Of a stretch of DNA of 64,000 nt, positions 17,744-27,441 are shown piece after piece. Location of the stretch: the NCBI GenBank assembly GCA_947167455.1, contig CAMVIB010000013.1, positions 882 through 64,881 of the forward strand. Reading direction: 5' to 3'. Both the position numbers and the translations under genes were made by a program. Within the stretch, counting starts at the first letter, position 1; each line of letters begins with the position of its first letter. The notes under the pieces are model-generated. The model saw only the letters and a program-made list of their open reading frames with translations, searched no databases and was not told where the DNA came from. The stretch comes from an uncultured Prevotellaceae bacterium (GTDB lineage Bacteria; Bacteroidota; Bacteroidia; Bacteroidales; Bacteroidaceae).

Positions 17744-19150
17744 CTACTCCCAGCACTCGATGTCGCTTTCTATCTCCGGCAGCTGGTGACGGTGGAAGAC
17801 GGGTTCCTTGATGCCACGGCGCTTCTGGCTGCGATAGTCGTCGAGGAGCCTGAAGGCATAGCGCCCCAGCAGCACGATGGCTATGAGATTGACCGCCGTG
17901 AGGAATGCCATGAAGAAATCCACGATATTCCACACCAGTTCGAAGCTCGCCACGGCTCCGAACATCACCATCACCCCGGCCGAACAAAGGCGATACAGGG
18001 TGAGCACATGGGCGTTGCGGGTGATGAAGCGTATATTGGCCTCGCCGTAGTAGTAGTTGCCGATGATGCTCGAGAAGGCGAACAAGAAGATTGCCACAGC
18101 CACGAAGTCGGGGCCGTTCTCGCCAATCTCTGACTCCAGAGCCATCTGTGTAAGTCCTATGCCGTTGAGACTGTCGTCGCCGTAGAGGCCGCTGATGAGG
18201 ATTATGAACGCCGTGCACGAGCACACCAGCAGCGTGTCAGTGAAGACACCGAGAGCCTGTATGAGCCCTTGCTTCACAGGATGCGTGACGGCGGCTGTCG
18301 CTGCCACGTTGGGGGCACTGCCCTCGCCAGCCTCGTTGGAGAAGAGGCCGCGCTTCACGCCATACATTATCGTGGCTCCGATGCCGCCTCCCGCCACCTG
18401 GCTGAAGCCGAAGGCATCGCTGACGATGAGCTTCAGCACGTGAGGCAGGAGCTGATAGTTCATGCATATCACCACCACTGCCAGCACCAGATAGCCTACG
18501 GCCATCAGGGGTACCAGTATGGAGCTGACGTGCGCTATGCGCTGTATGCCGCCGAAGACTATCGTCAGCGCCATGGCGGCGATGGCAACACCCACCCACG
18601 TCGGCGACAGCCCGAAAGCCTCATACATGGCCGCGCAGATGGTGTTGGCCTGAATGGAATTGTTGGAGAGACCGAACTGGCACGTGATGAGCACTGCGAA
18701 GGCCACCGCCAGACCGCGGTGATGCAGGCCGCGCTGAATGTAGTAGGCCGGTCCGCCGATGAAGGAGTCGTTGGCCTTCTGCTTGAAGAGCTGAGCCAAC
18801 GTGGACTCCACGAAGGCCGTAGCGCTGCCTATGAGTGCTATGACCCACATCCAGAACACGGCTCCCGGGCCTCCGACGGCGATGGCCGACGCCACGCCGG
18901 CAAGATTACCGGTACCTACGCGTGTGGCCACGCTGACGGCAAAGGCCTGGAACGATGATATGTGCTTTGTGCCGCCGACAGTATCTACGGCAGAGTCGGT
19001 GAGCAGACGCAACATCTCGCCCACCATGCGAAACTGCACGAAGCGCGTGCGCCATGTGAACCAGAGGCCGCAGGCCACGAGGGCGCCGATGAGGACGTAG
19101 CCCCACACGGCGTCGTTGATGGCTGTGATGATGGTGTTGACGTCAGTCAT
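17744..19150 (-). CDS. Alanine/glycine:cation symporter (AGCS family)
   Basis: The start was set at ATG 19150 (MTDVNTIITAINDAVWGYVLIGALVACGLWFTWRTRFVQFR), giving about 468 aa. The polytopic sequence is typical of AGCS transporters. The longer track ORF (to 19405) runs into the upstream gene. Confidence 0.8.
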   Translation of the reverse strand: MTDVNTIITAINDAVWGYVLIGALVACGLWFTWRTRFVQFRMVGEMLRLLTDSAVDTVGGTKHISSFQAFAVSVATRVGTGNLAGVASAIAVGGPGAVFWMWVIALIGSATAFVESTLAQLFKQKANDSFIGGPAYYIQRGLHHRGLAVAFAVLITCQFGLSNNSIQANTICAAMYEAFGLSPTWVGVAIAAMALTIVFGGIQRIAHVSSILVPLMAVGYLVLAVVVICMNYQLLPHVLKLIVSDAFGFSQVAGGGIGATIMYGVKRGLFSNEAGEGSAPNVAATAAVTHPVKQGLIQALGVFTDTLLVCSCTAFIILISGLYGDDSLNGIGLTQMALESEIGENGPDFVAVAIFLFAFSSIIGNYYYGEANIRFITRNAHVLTLYRLCSAGVMVMFGAVASFELVWNIVDFFMAFLTAVNLIAIVLLGRYAFRLLDDYRSQKRRGIKEPVFHRHQLPEIESDIECWE

Positions 19151-19158
19151 AAGAGGTT

Positions 19159-20115
19159 TTATGCAATCATGGCGTATGTCTTCTCGATAATCTCGAAAAG
19201 ACTGTCCACGGTGTCGGCCCTCAGCATGGCGATGCGGGTCTGCCTGAAGTCGGGTATGCCCTTGAAGAGTGGCGACGCTGCCAAATGGCGTCGCGAGTGC
19301 AATATGCCGCTGTATTCGCCCAGACGCTGCACGGAGGTGAGCACCTGCTCCTTGAGGATATCCACCTTCTGGCGTGTCGTAAGCTCCTGGCGCGAGAACA
19401 CCCACGGCTGCCCGAAGGTGGCACGACCTATCATCACGCCGTCCACGCCATAGCGGTCGAAGGCAGCCTCTGCCTCGCCGATGGAGTGTATGTCGCCGTT
19501 GCCGATGATGGGAATCCGCATGCGCGGGTTGCGCCGCACCTCGCCGATGAGAGTCCAGTCGGCAGTGTCGGTATAGAGCTGCGAGCGTGTGCGGCCGTGG
19601 ATGGTGAGGGCCGAGATGCCACAGTCTTGCAGCTGCTCGGCCAGGCTCACGATGATCTTGTGCTCGTGGTCCCAGCCCAGACGCGTCTTGGCGGTGACGG
19701 GGACGCTGTCGCCCACGGCATCCACCACGGCACGTGCTATCGCCAGCAGGCGTGGCGGGTCTTGCAGGAGGCCCGCCCCGGCACCCTTGGTGGCAATCTT
19801 CTTAACAGGACATCCGAAGTTGATGTCGAGCACGTCGGGTCGGGCCTGCTCCACTACGATGCGTGCGGCATCGGCCATCGTGGCGGGGTCCTTGCCGTAG
19901 ATCTGTATGGCCACGGGGCGCTCCTCGTCGCACACCTCAAGCTTCTTCATGCTCTGCTTGACGAGACGCACGAGGGCGTCGCAGTTCACGAACTCCGAAT
20001 AGACCATGGCGGCTCCGAGCCTGCGACAGAGCAGGCGGAAGCCGATGTCCGTGACATCCTCCATGGGAGCCAGGAGGAGCGGACGCGCGCCCAGGTCGAT
20101 GTTTCCTATCCGCAT
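19159..20115 (-). CDS. dusB: tRNA-dihydrouridine synthase
   Basis: The start is ATG 20115 (MRIGNIDLGARPLLLAPMEDVTDIGFRLLCRRLGA), a canonical Dus N-terminus with the TIM-barrel FMN motif. The protein is 318 aa. Confidence 0.85.
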   Translation of the reverse strand: MRIGNIDLGARPLLLAPMEDVTDIGFRLLCRRLGAAMVYSEFVNCDALVRLVKQSMKKLEVCDEERPVAIQIYGKDPATMADAARIVVEQARPDVLDINFGCPVKKIATKGAGAGLLQDPPRLLAIARAVVDAVGDSVPVTAKTRLGWDHEHKIIVSLAEQLQDCGISALTIHGRTRSQLYTDTADWTLIGEVRRNPRMRIPIIGNGDIHSIGEAEAAFDRYGVDGVMIGRATFGQPWVFSRQELTTRQKVDILKEQVLTSVQRLGEYSGILHSRRHLAASPLFKGIPDFRQTRIAMLRADTVDSLFEIIEKTYAMIA

Positions 20116-20123
20116 CTCTCTGC

Positions 20124-21395
20124 CTATGCCATGGCCTGCTGCAGGTCGGCGATGATGTCCTCCACATTCTCCAGACCCACGCTGAGGCGTATGAGGTCGG
20201 GTGCCACACCGGCCTCGCGCAGCTGCTCGTCGCTGAGCTGGCGGTGTGTGTGGCTGGCGGGATGCAGCACGCAGGTGCGGGCATCGGCCACGTGTGTCAC
20301 TATGCTCACGAAGTCCAGACGGTCCATGAAGCGAATGGCGTCCTCGCGCGTGCCCTTGAGTCCGAAGGCGATGACGCCACACGAGCCATTGGGCAGGTAC
20401 TTACGTGCCAGGTCATGGTACTTGTTGCCGGGCAGGCCGCAGTAGTTCACCCATGCAACCTTCGGGTTCTGCTCCAGCCATTCGGCCACGCGCTGTGCGT
20501 TCTCGCAGTGACGCGGCATGCGTAGGTGCAGCGTCTCCAGCCCGAGGTTCAGGAGGAACGAGTTCTGCGGTGCCGGTATGCTGCCGAGGTCGCGCATGAG
20601 CTGCGAGACGAGCTTTGTGACGTAAGCCTTCTTGCCGAAGGCCTTGGTGTAAGTGAGTCCGTGGTAGCTCTCGTCGGGGGTGGTGAGGCCGGGGAACTTG
20701 TCGGCGTATGCTTCCCATTCGAAGTTGCCGCTATCCACGACGGCACCGCCCACCTGTGTGGCGTGGCCGTCCATGTATTTGGTGGTGGAGTGTGTCACGA
20801 TGTCGGCTCCCCACTCGAAAGGACGGCAGTTGATGGGCGTGGCGAAGGTGTTATCGACGATGAGCGGCACACCGGCCTCGTGGGCCAGACGTGCGAAGCG
20901 CTCGATGTCGAGGACGTTGCCGCCGGGGTTGCTGATGGTCTCGCCGAACATGCACTTCGTGTTGGGCCGGAAGGCGGCGCGGATGCGGTCGTCGTCCCAC
21001 TCGGGGTCAACGAACGTGCTGTCGATGCCCAGCTTCTTCAGCGTGACGGCAAAGAGGTTGTAGGTCCCGCCATAGATGGTGTTTGAGGTGACGAAGTGGT
21101 CGCCGGCCTGGCAGATATTGAAGACGGCATAGAACGATGCCGCCTGCCCGCTGGAGGTGAGGACGGCTCCCACACCGCCTTCGAGGGCGGCTATCTTTGC
21201 CGCCACGGCGTCGTTGGTGGGGTTCTGCAGGCGTGTGTAGAAATATCCCTCTTCTTCGAGGTCGAAGAGGCGTGCCATCTGCTCGGAGGTCTCGTAGCGG
21301 AAGGTTGTGCTCTGGTAGATGGGCAGTTGCTGCGGCTCGCCTTTCTTGGGCGACCAGCCGCCGTGGATGCATATTGTTTCGAGGTTCTTTTTCAT
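20124..21395 (-). CDS. metY: O-acetylhomoserine aminocarboxypropyltransferase / sulfhydrylase (PLP-dependent)
   Basis: The start is ATG 21395 (MKKNLETICIHGGW...). The PLP-lysine motif is HSTTKYMDGH. The protein is 423 aa. The upstream part of the 518-aa track ORF is translated tandem repeat. Confidence 0.85.
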   Translation of the reverse strand: MKKNLETICIHGGWSPKKGEPQQLPIYQSTTFRYETSEQMARLFDLEEEGYFYTRLQNPTNDAVAAKIAALEGGVGAVLTSSGQAASFYAVFNICQAGDHFVTSNTIYGGTYNLFAVTLKKLGIDSTFVDPEWDDDRIRAAFRPNTKCMFGETISNPGGNVLDIERFARLAHEAGVPLIVDNTFATPINCRPFEWGADIVTHSTTKYMDGHATQVGGAVVDSGNFEWEAYADKFPGLTTPDESYHGLTYTKAFGKKAYVTKLVSQLMRDLGSIPAPQNSFLLNLGLETLHLRMPRHCENAQRVAEWLEQNPKVAWVNYCGLPGNKYHDLARKYLPNGSCGVIAFGLKGTREDAIRFMDRLDFVSIVTHVADARTCVLHPASHTHRQLSDEQLREAGVAPDLIRLSVGLENVEDIIADLQQAMA

Positions 21396-21420
21396 CTTTC
21401 TTGTTTTGAGGGGGAGGAAT

Positions 21421-21576
21421 AGGGGGAGCGCGGGGAGCGCGGGGAGCGCGAGGGGGCGCGAGGGGGCGCGAGGAGGCGCGAGGAGGCGCGGGGAGGCGCG
21501 AGGGGGCGCGGGGAGCTGCGAGGGCGCTGCGAGGGGGGCGCGTGGAGCTGCGAGGAGGCGCTGCGAGGGCTGCGGG
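21421..21576. repeat. G-rich (C-rich on the coding-sense minus strand) tandem repeats with about 10-nt units
   Basis: GCGAGGRGGC/GCGGGGAGC units are reiterated between the metY start and the hairpin box. Confidence 0.8.
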
Positions 21577-21582
21577 GTAAGG

Positions 21583-21612
21583 GAGCCGCCGTAATACGGC
21601 GGCGTACTCAAC
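21583..21612 (-). repeat. Conserved 30-nt hairpin box, copy A
   Basis: The minus strand reads GTTGAGTACGCCGCCGTATTACGGCGGCTC. It has the same core as 54353..54382 and 55032..55061. Confidence 0.85.
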
Positions 21613-21692
21613 AGGTGGCAGCCAGTGGAGGGGCGACAGATGGAGGAGGTGCGTCCCGTCTCTTTCGCCTGCGATTCCATCGCAGGCAGCTA

Positions 21693-21840
21693 GCCGAGGG
21701 GCGACAGCCGAAGGGCGACAGCCGAGGGGTGACAGCCAAAGCTCGCAAGCCGAGGGGCGACAGCCAAAGCTCGAAAGCCGAAGCTCGCAAGCCGAGAGGC
21801 GACAGCCAAAGCTCGCAAGCCGAGGGGCGCACGCCGAAGG
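21693..21840. repeat. Tandem repeats with GCGACAGCCRAAG / CTCGCAAGCCGAGGG units
   Basis: Head-to-tail reiteration lies between the tyrS stop and the hairpin box. A perfect 9-bp-stem hairpin, GCCTGCGAT-tcc-ATCGCAGGC, sits at 21667..21687. Confidence 0.8.
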
Positions 21841-21867
21841 CCTGCCGTCGGAGTGGCGGCTCGGGCG

Positions 21868-23163
21868 TTACTCGGCGATGAGGAGGAAGTAGTTTTTCTT
21901 GCCCTTCTGGATGAGGAGGTAACGGCCGTCGATGAGATCGGCGGTAGTGACAGGCTGATCGAAGGCAGCGAGCTTCTCCTTGTTGAGGCTCACGCCGCCA
22001 CCCTGCACCATCTTGCGCATCTCACCCTTCGAGGGGAAGCACTGTGTCTCTGTGGCCATGAGCTCCACGGCCTTGATGCCCTCGCCGTCGAGGAGGCTCT
22101 TGGCGATGCGGAACTGCGGCACGCCGTCGAAGACGTCGAGCAGCGTCTGCTCGTCGAGGGCCATGAGGGCGTCCTTGGTGCTCTTGCCGAAGAGCATCTG
22201 GCTGGCCTCCTGTGCCATGCGCAGGTCCTGCTCGCTATGCACCATCTTCGTGACCTCCTCGGCCAGGCGGCGCTGCAGCTCGCGGCGGCCGGGATCCTCG
22301 CGGTGACGGGCAATGAGGTCGTCAATCTCGTCCTTAGGCAGGGAGGTGAAGATCTTGATGTAGCGCTCGGCGTCCTCGTCGGCCACGTTGATCCAGAACT
22401 GGTAGAATCGATATGGCGATGTGTAGCGGCGGTCGAGCCAGATGTTGCCCTGCTCGGTCTTGCCGAACTTGCGGCCGTCGCTCTTGGTGATGAGCGGACA
22501 CGTGAGGGCGTATGCCTCGCCGCCACCCATGCGGCGTATGAGCTCGGTGCCGGTGGTGATGTTGCCCCACTGGTCGGAACCGCCCATCTGCAGCTTGCAG
22601 CCCTTGTGGGTGTTGAGGTAGTAGAAGTCGTAGGCCTGCAGCAGCTGGTAGGTGAACTCTGTGAAGGAGAGGCCGTCGCGTGCCTCGCCGTTGAGACGTT
22701 TCTGCACGCTGTCCTTGGCCATCATGTAGTTGACGGTGATGTGCTTACCCACGTCGCGTGTGAAGGCGAGGAATGAGAAGTCCTTCATCCAGTCGTAGTT
22801 ATTGACAAGCTCAGCGCGGTTGGGCGCATCGCTCTCAAAGTCGAGGAAGTGTGCCAGCTGTGCCTTGATGCACGCCACGTTGTGAGCCAGTGTCTGCTCG
22901 TCGAGCAGGTTGCGTTCCTGGCTCTTGCCGCTGGGGTCGCCGATCATGCCTGTTGCCCCCCCAACGAGTGCGAGGGGCTTGTGTCCGCATCGCTGCAGGT
23001 GTCGCAGCATCATCACGCCGCAGAGGTGTCCGATGTGGAGGCTGTCGGCAGTGGGGTCTATGCCCACGTATGCCGTGACTTGTTCTTTCTGTAAGAGTTC
23101 TTCGGTGCCTGGCATCATCTGGTGGACCATGCCGCGCCATGTGAGTTCTTCAACGAAGTTCAT
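21868..23163 (-). CDS. tyrS: Tyrosine--tRNA ligase
   Basis: The protein is 431 aa. The HIGH motif is DSLHIGHL and the KMSKS-type motif is KFGKT. It has an S4-like C-terminus. Confidence 0.95.
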   Translation of the reverse strand: MNFVEELTWRGMVHQMMPGTEELLQKEQVTAYVGIDPTADSLHIGHLCGVMMLRHLQRCGHKPLALVGGATGMIGDPSGKSQERNLLDEQTLAHNVACIKAQLAHFLDFESDAPNRAELVNNYDWMKDFSFLAFTRDVGKHITVNYMMAKDSVQKRLNGEARDGLSFTEFTYQLLQAYDFYYLNTHKGCKLQMGGSDQWGNITTGTELIRRMGGGEAYALTCPLITKSDGRKFGKTEQGNIWLDRRYTSPYRFYQFWINVADEDAERYIKIFTSLPKDEIDDLIARHREDPGRRELQRRLAEEVTKMVHSEQDLRMAQEASQMLFGKSTKDALMALDEQTLLDVFDGVPQFRIAKSLLDGEGIKAVELMATETQCFPSKGEMRKMVQGGGVSLNKEKLAAFDQPVTTADLIDGRYLLIQKGKKNYFLLIAE

Positions 23164-23209
23164 TGAATGATAAGTTACTGTTAAAACGGATTAATAATGT
23201 TTTTGGGCG

Positions 23210-23217
23210 CAAAGGTA
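23210..23217 (-). promoter_or_regulatory. -7 promoter box (TAccTTTG) for tyrS
   Basis: CAAAGGTA on the plus strand lies 47 nt upstream of ATG 23163. Confidence 0.55.
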
Positions 23218-23304
23218 GTGCTTTAGTGCCACATGGCCAAACTTATTGCGTTAAAGATTCTTACGACGCGGTTTTAGGGGAGGCGGCGTGGCAAGTGAAA
23301 AGCT

Positions 23305-23331
23305 GCTCCCGGCGGGAAAACCGCCGGGAGC
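23305..23331 (-). terminator. Intrinsic terminator candidate downstream of the GH31 gene
   Basis: GCTCCCGGCGG-gaaaa-CCGCCGGGAGC forms an 11-bp stem. On the minus strand it is followed by AGCTTTTC. Confidence 0.55.
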
Positions 23332-23518
23332 AAACTAATCCAAGGAGGCAAAAAGGAGCCAACGGCGCCAAGAGAGCCAACGAATCCAATAGTGGCAACA
23401 AGGCGAAGGTTGAGTCCACTTGACAAAGTCATAAAAGGAGTAAAAAACATGTTTGGAATAAGCTCCCCTTAGGGACGCGCCAGCGAGATTCCAAGGACTT
23501 TCTCAAGTGGACTCAAGG

Positions 23519-25990
23519 TTAAAGCTTCACGCTGACGGGACGCCCTGTGTAGGTGATGGCTTTCACTTGGCCGCCGGGGGTGTGAATACGGAATGTTCGC
23601 GAGGCAATCATGCCGGGGAACTGACCTTTGCGCTTGCCGATGGTGAGCTTATGGGAGCTGTCGTTCCACGTGAATGTTATCTCTGAGCGTTGGCCGTCGG
23701 CGTAGCGGAAGGAGTCGCCCTCGTCCTCGTAGAGCGTGAATGTGCCGTCGGCTCCGGGATAGACCCTTATCTCGAGGTCGTCCCACGGCTTCTCGGCAAC
23801 ATACTGCACGTCGGGTCCCATGGGCAGTATGCTTCCGGCACGTACATACAGCGGGCTGTGGCTGAGAGGTATGACGGCCTGCAGCGTCTGGCCTCCGGCG
23901 TGGCGCTCTCCGCTCCAGAAGTCATACCAGTCGGCACCGGCAGGGAGGTATGCGGCGTAGGTCTTGGCCTCACCCCAGTTGACGGGGGGATAGAGCTCAC
24001 CCTTGCCGTCAGGGCCGGCCCCCTCGGAGGAATCCTGACTCTTGTTCCATCCCGAGAGCTCGTCGGTGCGCACGATTTTCTCCTCGGTGTAGAGCGGCCT
24101 CGTCACCGGCACGGCGAGCAGCGAGCGTCCGAACATATACTCTGACGGCATGTCCCACACGTTGCGGTCGCCGGGGAAGTCCATGATGAGTGGCCGCATG
24201 AAGCTGTCGTCGGCCGTAGCCACCTGCCATGATGTGCTGTAGATATACGGTATGAGGCGGTAGCGTAGGCGCACGGCCTCCACGAGGGCATCATAGACGG
24301 GCTCGCCGGCCTTGCCGTAGTAGTAGAGCTCGCGATAGACGTCCGTGCCGTGGCTGCGCATCATGGGGCACAGCGCCCCGAACTGCATCCATCGTACGTA
24401 GAGCTCCTGGTACTGCGGGTTCTTGGTTGCGGAGTTGTGTCCCCGTGTGTTGTAGGCCCCGGCGAAGAAGCCGCCGATGTCGGTGTTGACCTGCGGGTTG
24501 CCGGTGAGCGTGTAGTTGAGGCATATCGGCACCTGCTTGCGCAGGCTCTCCCAGCTGGAGCCAATGTCTCCGCTCCAGGTGTTGGCCCCTGTGCGCTGCT
24601 GTCCGGCGAAGTATGAGCGTGTGAGGATGAATGGCCTGTGCTCAGTGTCGGCAGCCCGCTGGTGGGCATAGACGCCCTCTACGCAGGCGAGGGGGAAGGC
24701 GTTGCGCAGTGAGCGGTATGACGTCCTCACGGCGGCGGGTGCCGAGGCCGTTGCCGCCACGTCGGCTAAGCCGTTGTGGTCTGAAGGCAGCGTTATAGCA
24801 ATCTGCTCGTCGAGGTCACTGTCCTTGAAAGAGTGATGGTCGGGGTCGGTGGAGTCCATCCACCACGCGTCGATGCCCATGGCGTGGAGGCGCTGCAGGT
24901 TCTGCCAGTAGATGTCGCGCGCCTCGGTGGCAAAGGGGTTATACACCCTGACACCGCTGGGATAGTCCATGCGTGGCGGCCACATGGGGAGTCCGCTCTG
25001 CGGCCATGTCTCGAAGGCCATGAGGTAGCCCTTACTGTCCATCTGTGCATATCCCTTGGTCCTGGGTCCGAAGCTCTGCCAGATGCTGATGCTCATGTGA
25101 GCATGGTGGGTGCGGTGCACCTCGTCGATCATGCTCTGCGCCTGCTGGAAGTCCTCGTTGAGGAACTCCATGGCATTCCAGTTGTAGTTGGAGCCCCAGT
25201 ACTGCCAGTCCTGTATGATGCCGTCGAGGGGTATGCCGAGCCGACGGTATTGCCTTACGACCTGCAGCAGCTCCTCCTGGCTCTTGTAGCGTTCGCGGCT
25301 CTGGTGGAAGCCGTAGGTCCACAGCGGGAGCATGGGCGCCTGCCCTGTGAGGTGCCTCAGCTGGCGTATCACGCCGTCGGCGTTGCCGCCGAGCATGAAA
25401 TAGTAGCACAGGTCATCGCCGACCTGCGACTCGAGAGTCAGCGCATCGCGCGTGTCGAGCTGTGTGGGCGAGTAGTTGTCCCAGTATATGCCGTAGCCCT
25501 TGATGCTCTGGAAGACGTTGGCATAGTCCTCGAGGTTAGACTGCATCATGAGGCGGTTCTCGCCGCGCTGGCTCATCTTGCCGTTCTGCAGCAGGCCGAC
25601 GCCATAGATGGGTTCGTCCTTGTCGAGGAGCCACGTCTGGCGCACGCGGTATCGCCCCCGGTCGGGACCTTCGGCTATCGGTGTGAAGGCATGCGGGCCC
25701 TCTGCTGCCAGGGTGTTGCCCTTGGCATCGGCGAAGGTGACAGTGCCCGTGGCCTCGTTGACGGTGACGCGCAGAGCGCTGGAGGTGTAGGTCACGACGT
25801 CGCCGCTGCGCCGCGTGCTCACCTTCACGTCCCTGGGCTTGGCCGTCACCACGAGGTCGATGTTGTGTGCAGGCACCTGCCCGTGGGGTGCCTTAAGGAT
25901 GCGCACTGTCTGGGGCGTGAAGAATGTCACGTCCTGTGCGGCCAGGGCTTGTGCTGCGAGTAGCAGCATTGCTGTCAGTCTTAGCTTCAT
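23519..25990 (-). CDS. Glycoside hydrolase family 31 (alpha-glucosidase / alpha-xylosidase type), secreted
   Basis: The protein is 823 aa with the signal peptide MKLRLTAMLLLAAQALAAQ. It has a GIDAWWMDSTDP catalytic-region motif and a C-terminal FTLYEDEGDSFRYADG region typical of GH31 C-terminal domains. Confidence 0.8.
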   Translation of the reverse strand: MKLRLTAMLLLAAQALAAQDVTFFTPQTVRILKAPHGQVPAHNIDLVVTAKPRDVKVSTRRSGDVVTYTSSALRVTVNEATGTVTFADAKGNTLAAEGPHAFTPIAEGPDRGRYRVRQTWLLDKDEPIYGVGLLQNGKMSQRGENRLMMQSNLEDYANVFQSIKGYGIYWDNYSPTQLDTRDALTLESQVGDDLCYYFMLGGNADGVIRQLRHLTGQAPMLPLWTYGFHQSRERYKSQEELLQVVRQYRRLGIPLDGIIQDWQYWGSNYNWNAMEFLNEDFQQAQSMIDEVHRTHHAHMSISIWQSFGPRTKGYAQMDSKGYLMAFETWPQSGLPMWPPRMDYPSGVRVYNPFATEARDIYWQNLQRLHAMGIDAWWMDSTDPDHHSFKDSDLDEQIAITLPSDHNGLADVAATASAPAAVRTSYRSLRNAFPLACVEGVYAHQRAADTEHRPFILTRSYFAGQQRTGANTWSGDIGSSWESLRKQVPICLNYTLTGNPQVNTDIGGFFAGAYNTRGHNSATKNPQYQELYVRWMQFGALCPMMRSHGTDVYRELYYYGKAGEPVYDALVEAVRLRYRLIPYIYSTSWQVATADDSFMRPLIMDFPGDRNVWDMPSEYMFGRSLLAVPVTRPLYTEEKIVRTDELSGWNKSQDSSEGAGPDGKGELYPPVNWGEAKTYAAYLPAGADWYDFWSGERHAGGQTLQAVIPLSHSPLYVRAGSILPMGPDVQYVAEKPWDDLEIRVYPGADGTFTLYEDEGDSFRYADGQRSEITFTWNDSSHKLTIGKRKGQFPGMIASRTFRIHTPGGQVKAITYTGRPVSVKL

Positions 25991-26016
25991 GGTTTATATG
26001 TATTGTGGTGTCAGTG

Positions 26017-27345
26017 TCAATCCATCTCCTCATCGGGCTCGTAGCCGCCCATCTCACGTATGGCGTTCTTGAGCATGGTGTATTGCTGGTAGAGGTTATT
26101 GACGGGCTGTTCGCCCCGGGTGTAGTCGTGCATCGGACTCTTGAGGAAGAAGCTGAGGAACCTCTGTGTGCCGTAGCGCCCTGCCCTGGCGGCGAGGTCG
26201 GTGAGCAGGCACAGGTCGAGGCAGACGGGTGCTGCGAGTATGCTGTCGCGGCACAGGAAGTTGATTTTCACCTGCATGGGGTAGCCCATCCACCCGAAGA
26301 TGTCTATGTTGTCCCAGCTCTCCTTGTTATCGTTGCGCGGGGGGTAGTAGTTGATGCGCACCTTGTGGTAGAAGTGAGTGTCGTCCTCGTTGCCGTGGCC
26401 GTAGAGGTCGGGCTGGAGGTCGGGTCGCAGTATCGTCTCGAGGGTAGAGAGCTTCGAGACCTCCTTGGTGTGGAAGTTCTCGGGCTCGTCGAGCACGAGT
26501 CCGTCGCGGTTGCCGAGGATATTCGTTGAGAACCATCCGTTGAGTCCCAGGCACCGTGTGCTGATGATGGGTGCGAAGCCGCTCTTGACGAGCGTCTGTC
26601 CGGTCTTGAAGTCCTTGCCGGCGATAGGCATGTGTGTCTGCTGTGCCAGCTCCCACATGGCGGGAATGTCAACCGTTGTGTTGGGTGCGCCCATGATGAA
26701 AGGCGCTCCCTCGGCCAGAGCGGCGTAGGCGTAGCACATCGACGGGGCAATGTGCTTGCGGTCGTCGGCACGCATGGCGGCCTCGAGGTCGCAGAGGCGG
26801 TAGTGCACGCTCTCGTCAACGGGCACATATATCTCCGTCGATGCCGCCCACAGCACCACGATGCGCTCGCAGGCGTTGCGTGTGCGGAAGTCGCGTATGT
26901 CCTTGCGCAGCGCCTCCACCATCTCCCATCGTGTGGCACAGGGCTTCACGTTGTCGCCGTCGAGGCGTTTGACATAGTTCTTGTCGAAGGCAGCGGGCAT
27001 GGGACAGATGGCCTCGAGCTCCCGGCGCACGGGATTGATGTCGCGTTCGTTGAGCACCTGTGCGTAGATGGCAGCCTGATATGCATTCTGTGGATATACG
27101 TCCCAGCATCCGAAGACGATATCGTCGAGCTTGGCCAGAGGCACGATGTCGGCGTAGTGCATGTAGCGCTTGTCATCGCCGCGTCCGACGCGGATGCTGT
27201 CATACTGTGTCATGGAGCCGATGGGCTTGGCCAGCCCCTTTCGTGCCATGAGCACGCCGGTGATGAATGTTGTGGCCACGGCACCATTGCCGACCACGAG
27301 AATACCGAGTTTTCCCCTTGCCGGGGAGACATTGGATATAGCCAT
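26017..27345 (-). CDS. Inositol-3-phosphate synthase (myo-inositol-1-phosphate synthase)
   Basis: The protein is 442 aa. It has the N-terminal Rossmann motif KLGILVVGNGAVATTF, and its overall sequence is characteristic of bacterial and archaeal MIPS. Confidence 0.85.
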   Translation of the reverse strand: MAISNVSPARGKLGILVVGNGAVATTFITGVLMARKGLAKPIGSMTQYDSIRVGRGDDKRYMHYADIVPLAKLDDIVFGCWDVYPQNAYQAAIYAQVLNERDINPVRRELEAICPMPAAFDKNYVKRLDGDNVKPCATRWEMVEALRKDIRDFRTRNACERIVVLWAASTEIYVPVDESVHYRLCDLEAAMRADDRKHIAPSMCYAYAALAEGAPFIMGAPNTTVDIPAMWELAQQTHMPIAGKDFKTGQTLVKSGFAPIISTRCLGLNGWFSTNILGNRDGLVLDEPENFHTKEVSKLSTLETILRPDLQPDLYGHGNEDDTHFYHKVRINYYPPRNDNKESWDNIDIFGWMGYPMQVKINFLCRDSILAAPVCLDLCLLTDLAARAGRYGTQRFLSFFLKSPMHDYTRGEQPVNNLYQQYTMLKNAIREMGGYEPDEEMD

Positions 27346-27383
27346 AATAGATGAATATATTTGTCTGAAACGCTAATTTGTGG

Positions 27384-27391
27384 CAAAGGTA
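27384..27391 (-). promoter_or_regulatory. -7 promoter box (TAccTTTG) for the MIPS gene
   Basis: CAAAGGTA on the plus strand lies 39 nt upstream of ATG 27345. Confidence 0.55.
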
Positions 27392-27441
27392 CACATTATT
27401 CGCCACATGTGCAGCGTTTTTGCTGAAATCTTTGTTAAAAA

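Noticed and set aside
20124-21395. A SAM riboswitch or other known leader upstream of metY
   Set aside because: The upstream 470 bp consists of tandem repeats and the hairpin box. I could not find conserved SAM-I/II core sequences by eye. This needs a covariance-model scan to be certain.
21403-21860. The tandem repeat blocks here and at 54165..55030 as CRISPR arrays
   Set aside because: The units are 10-22 nt and contiguous, with no unique spacers of regular length. No cas genes are present, and the repeats are low-complexity.
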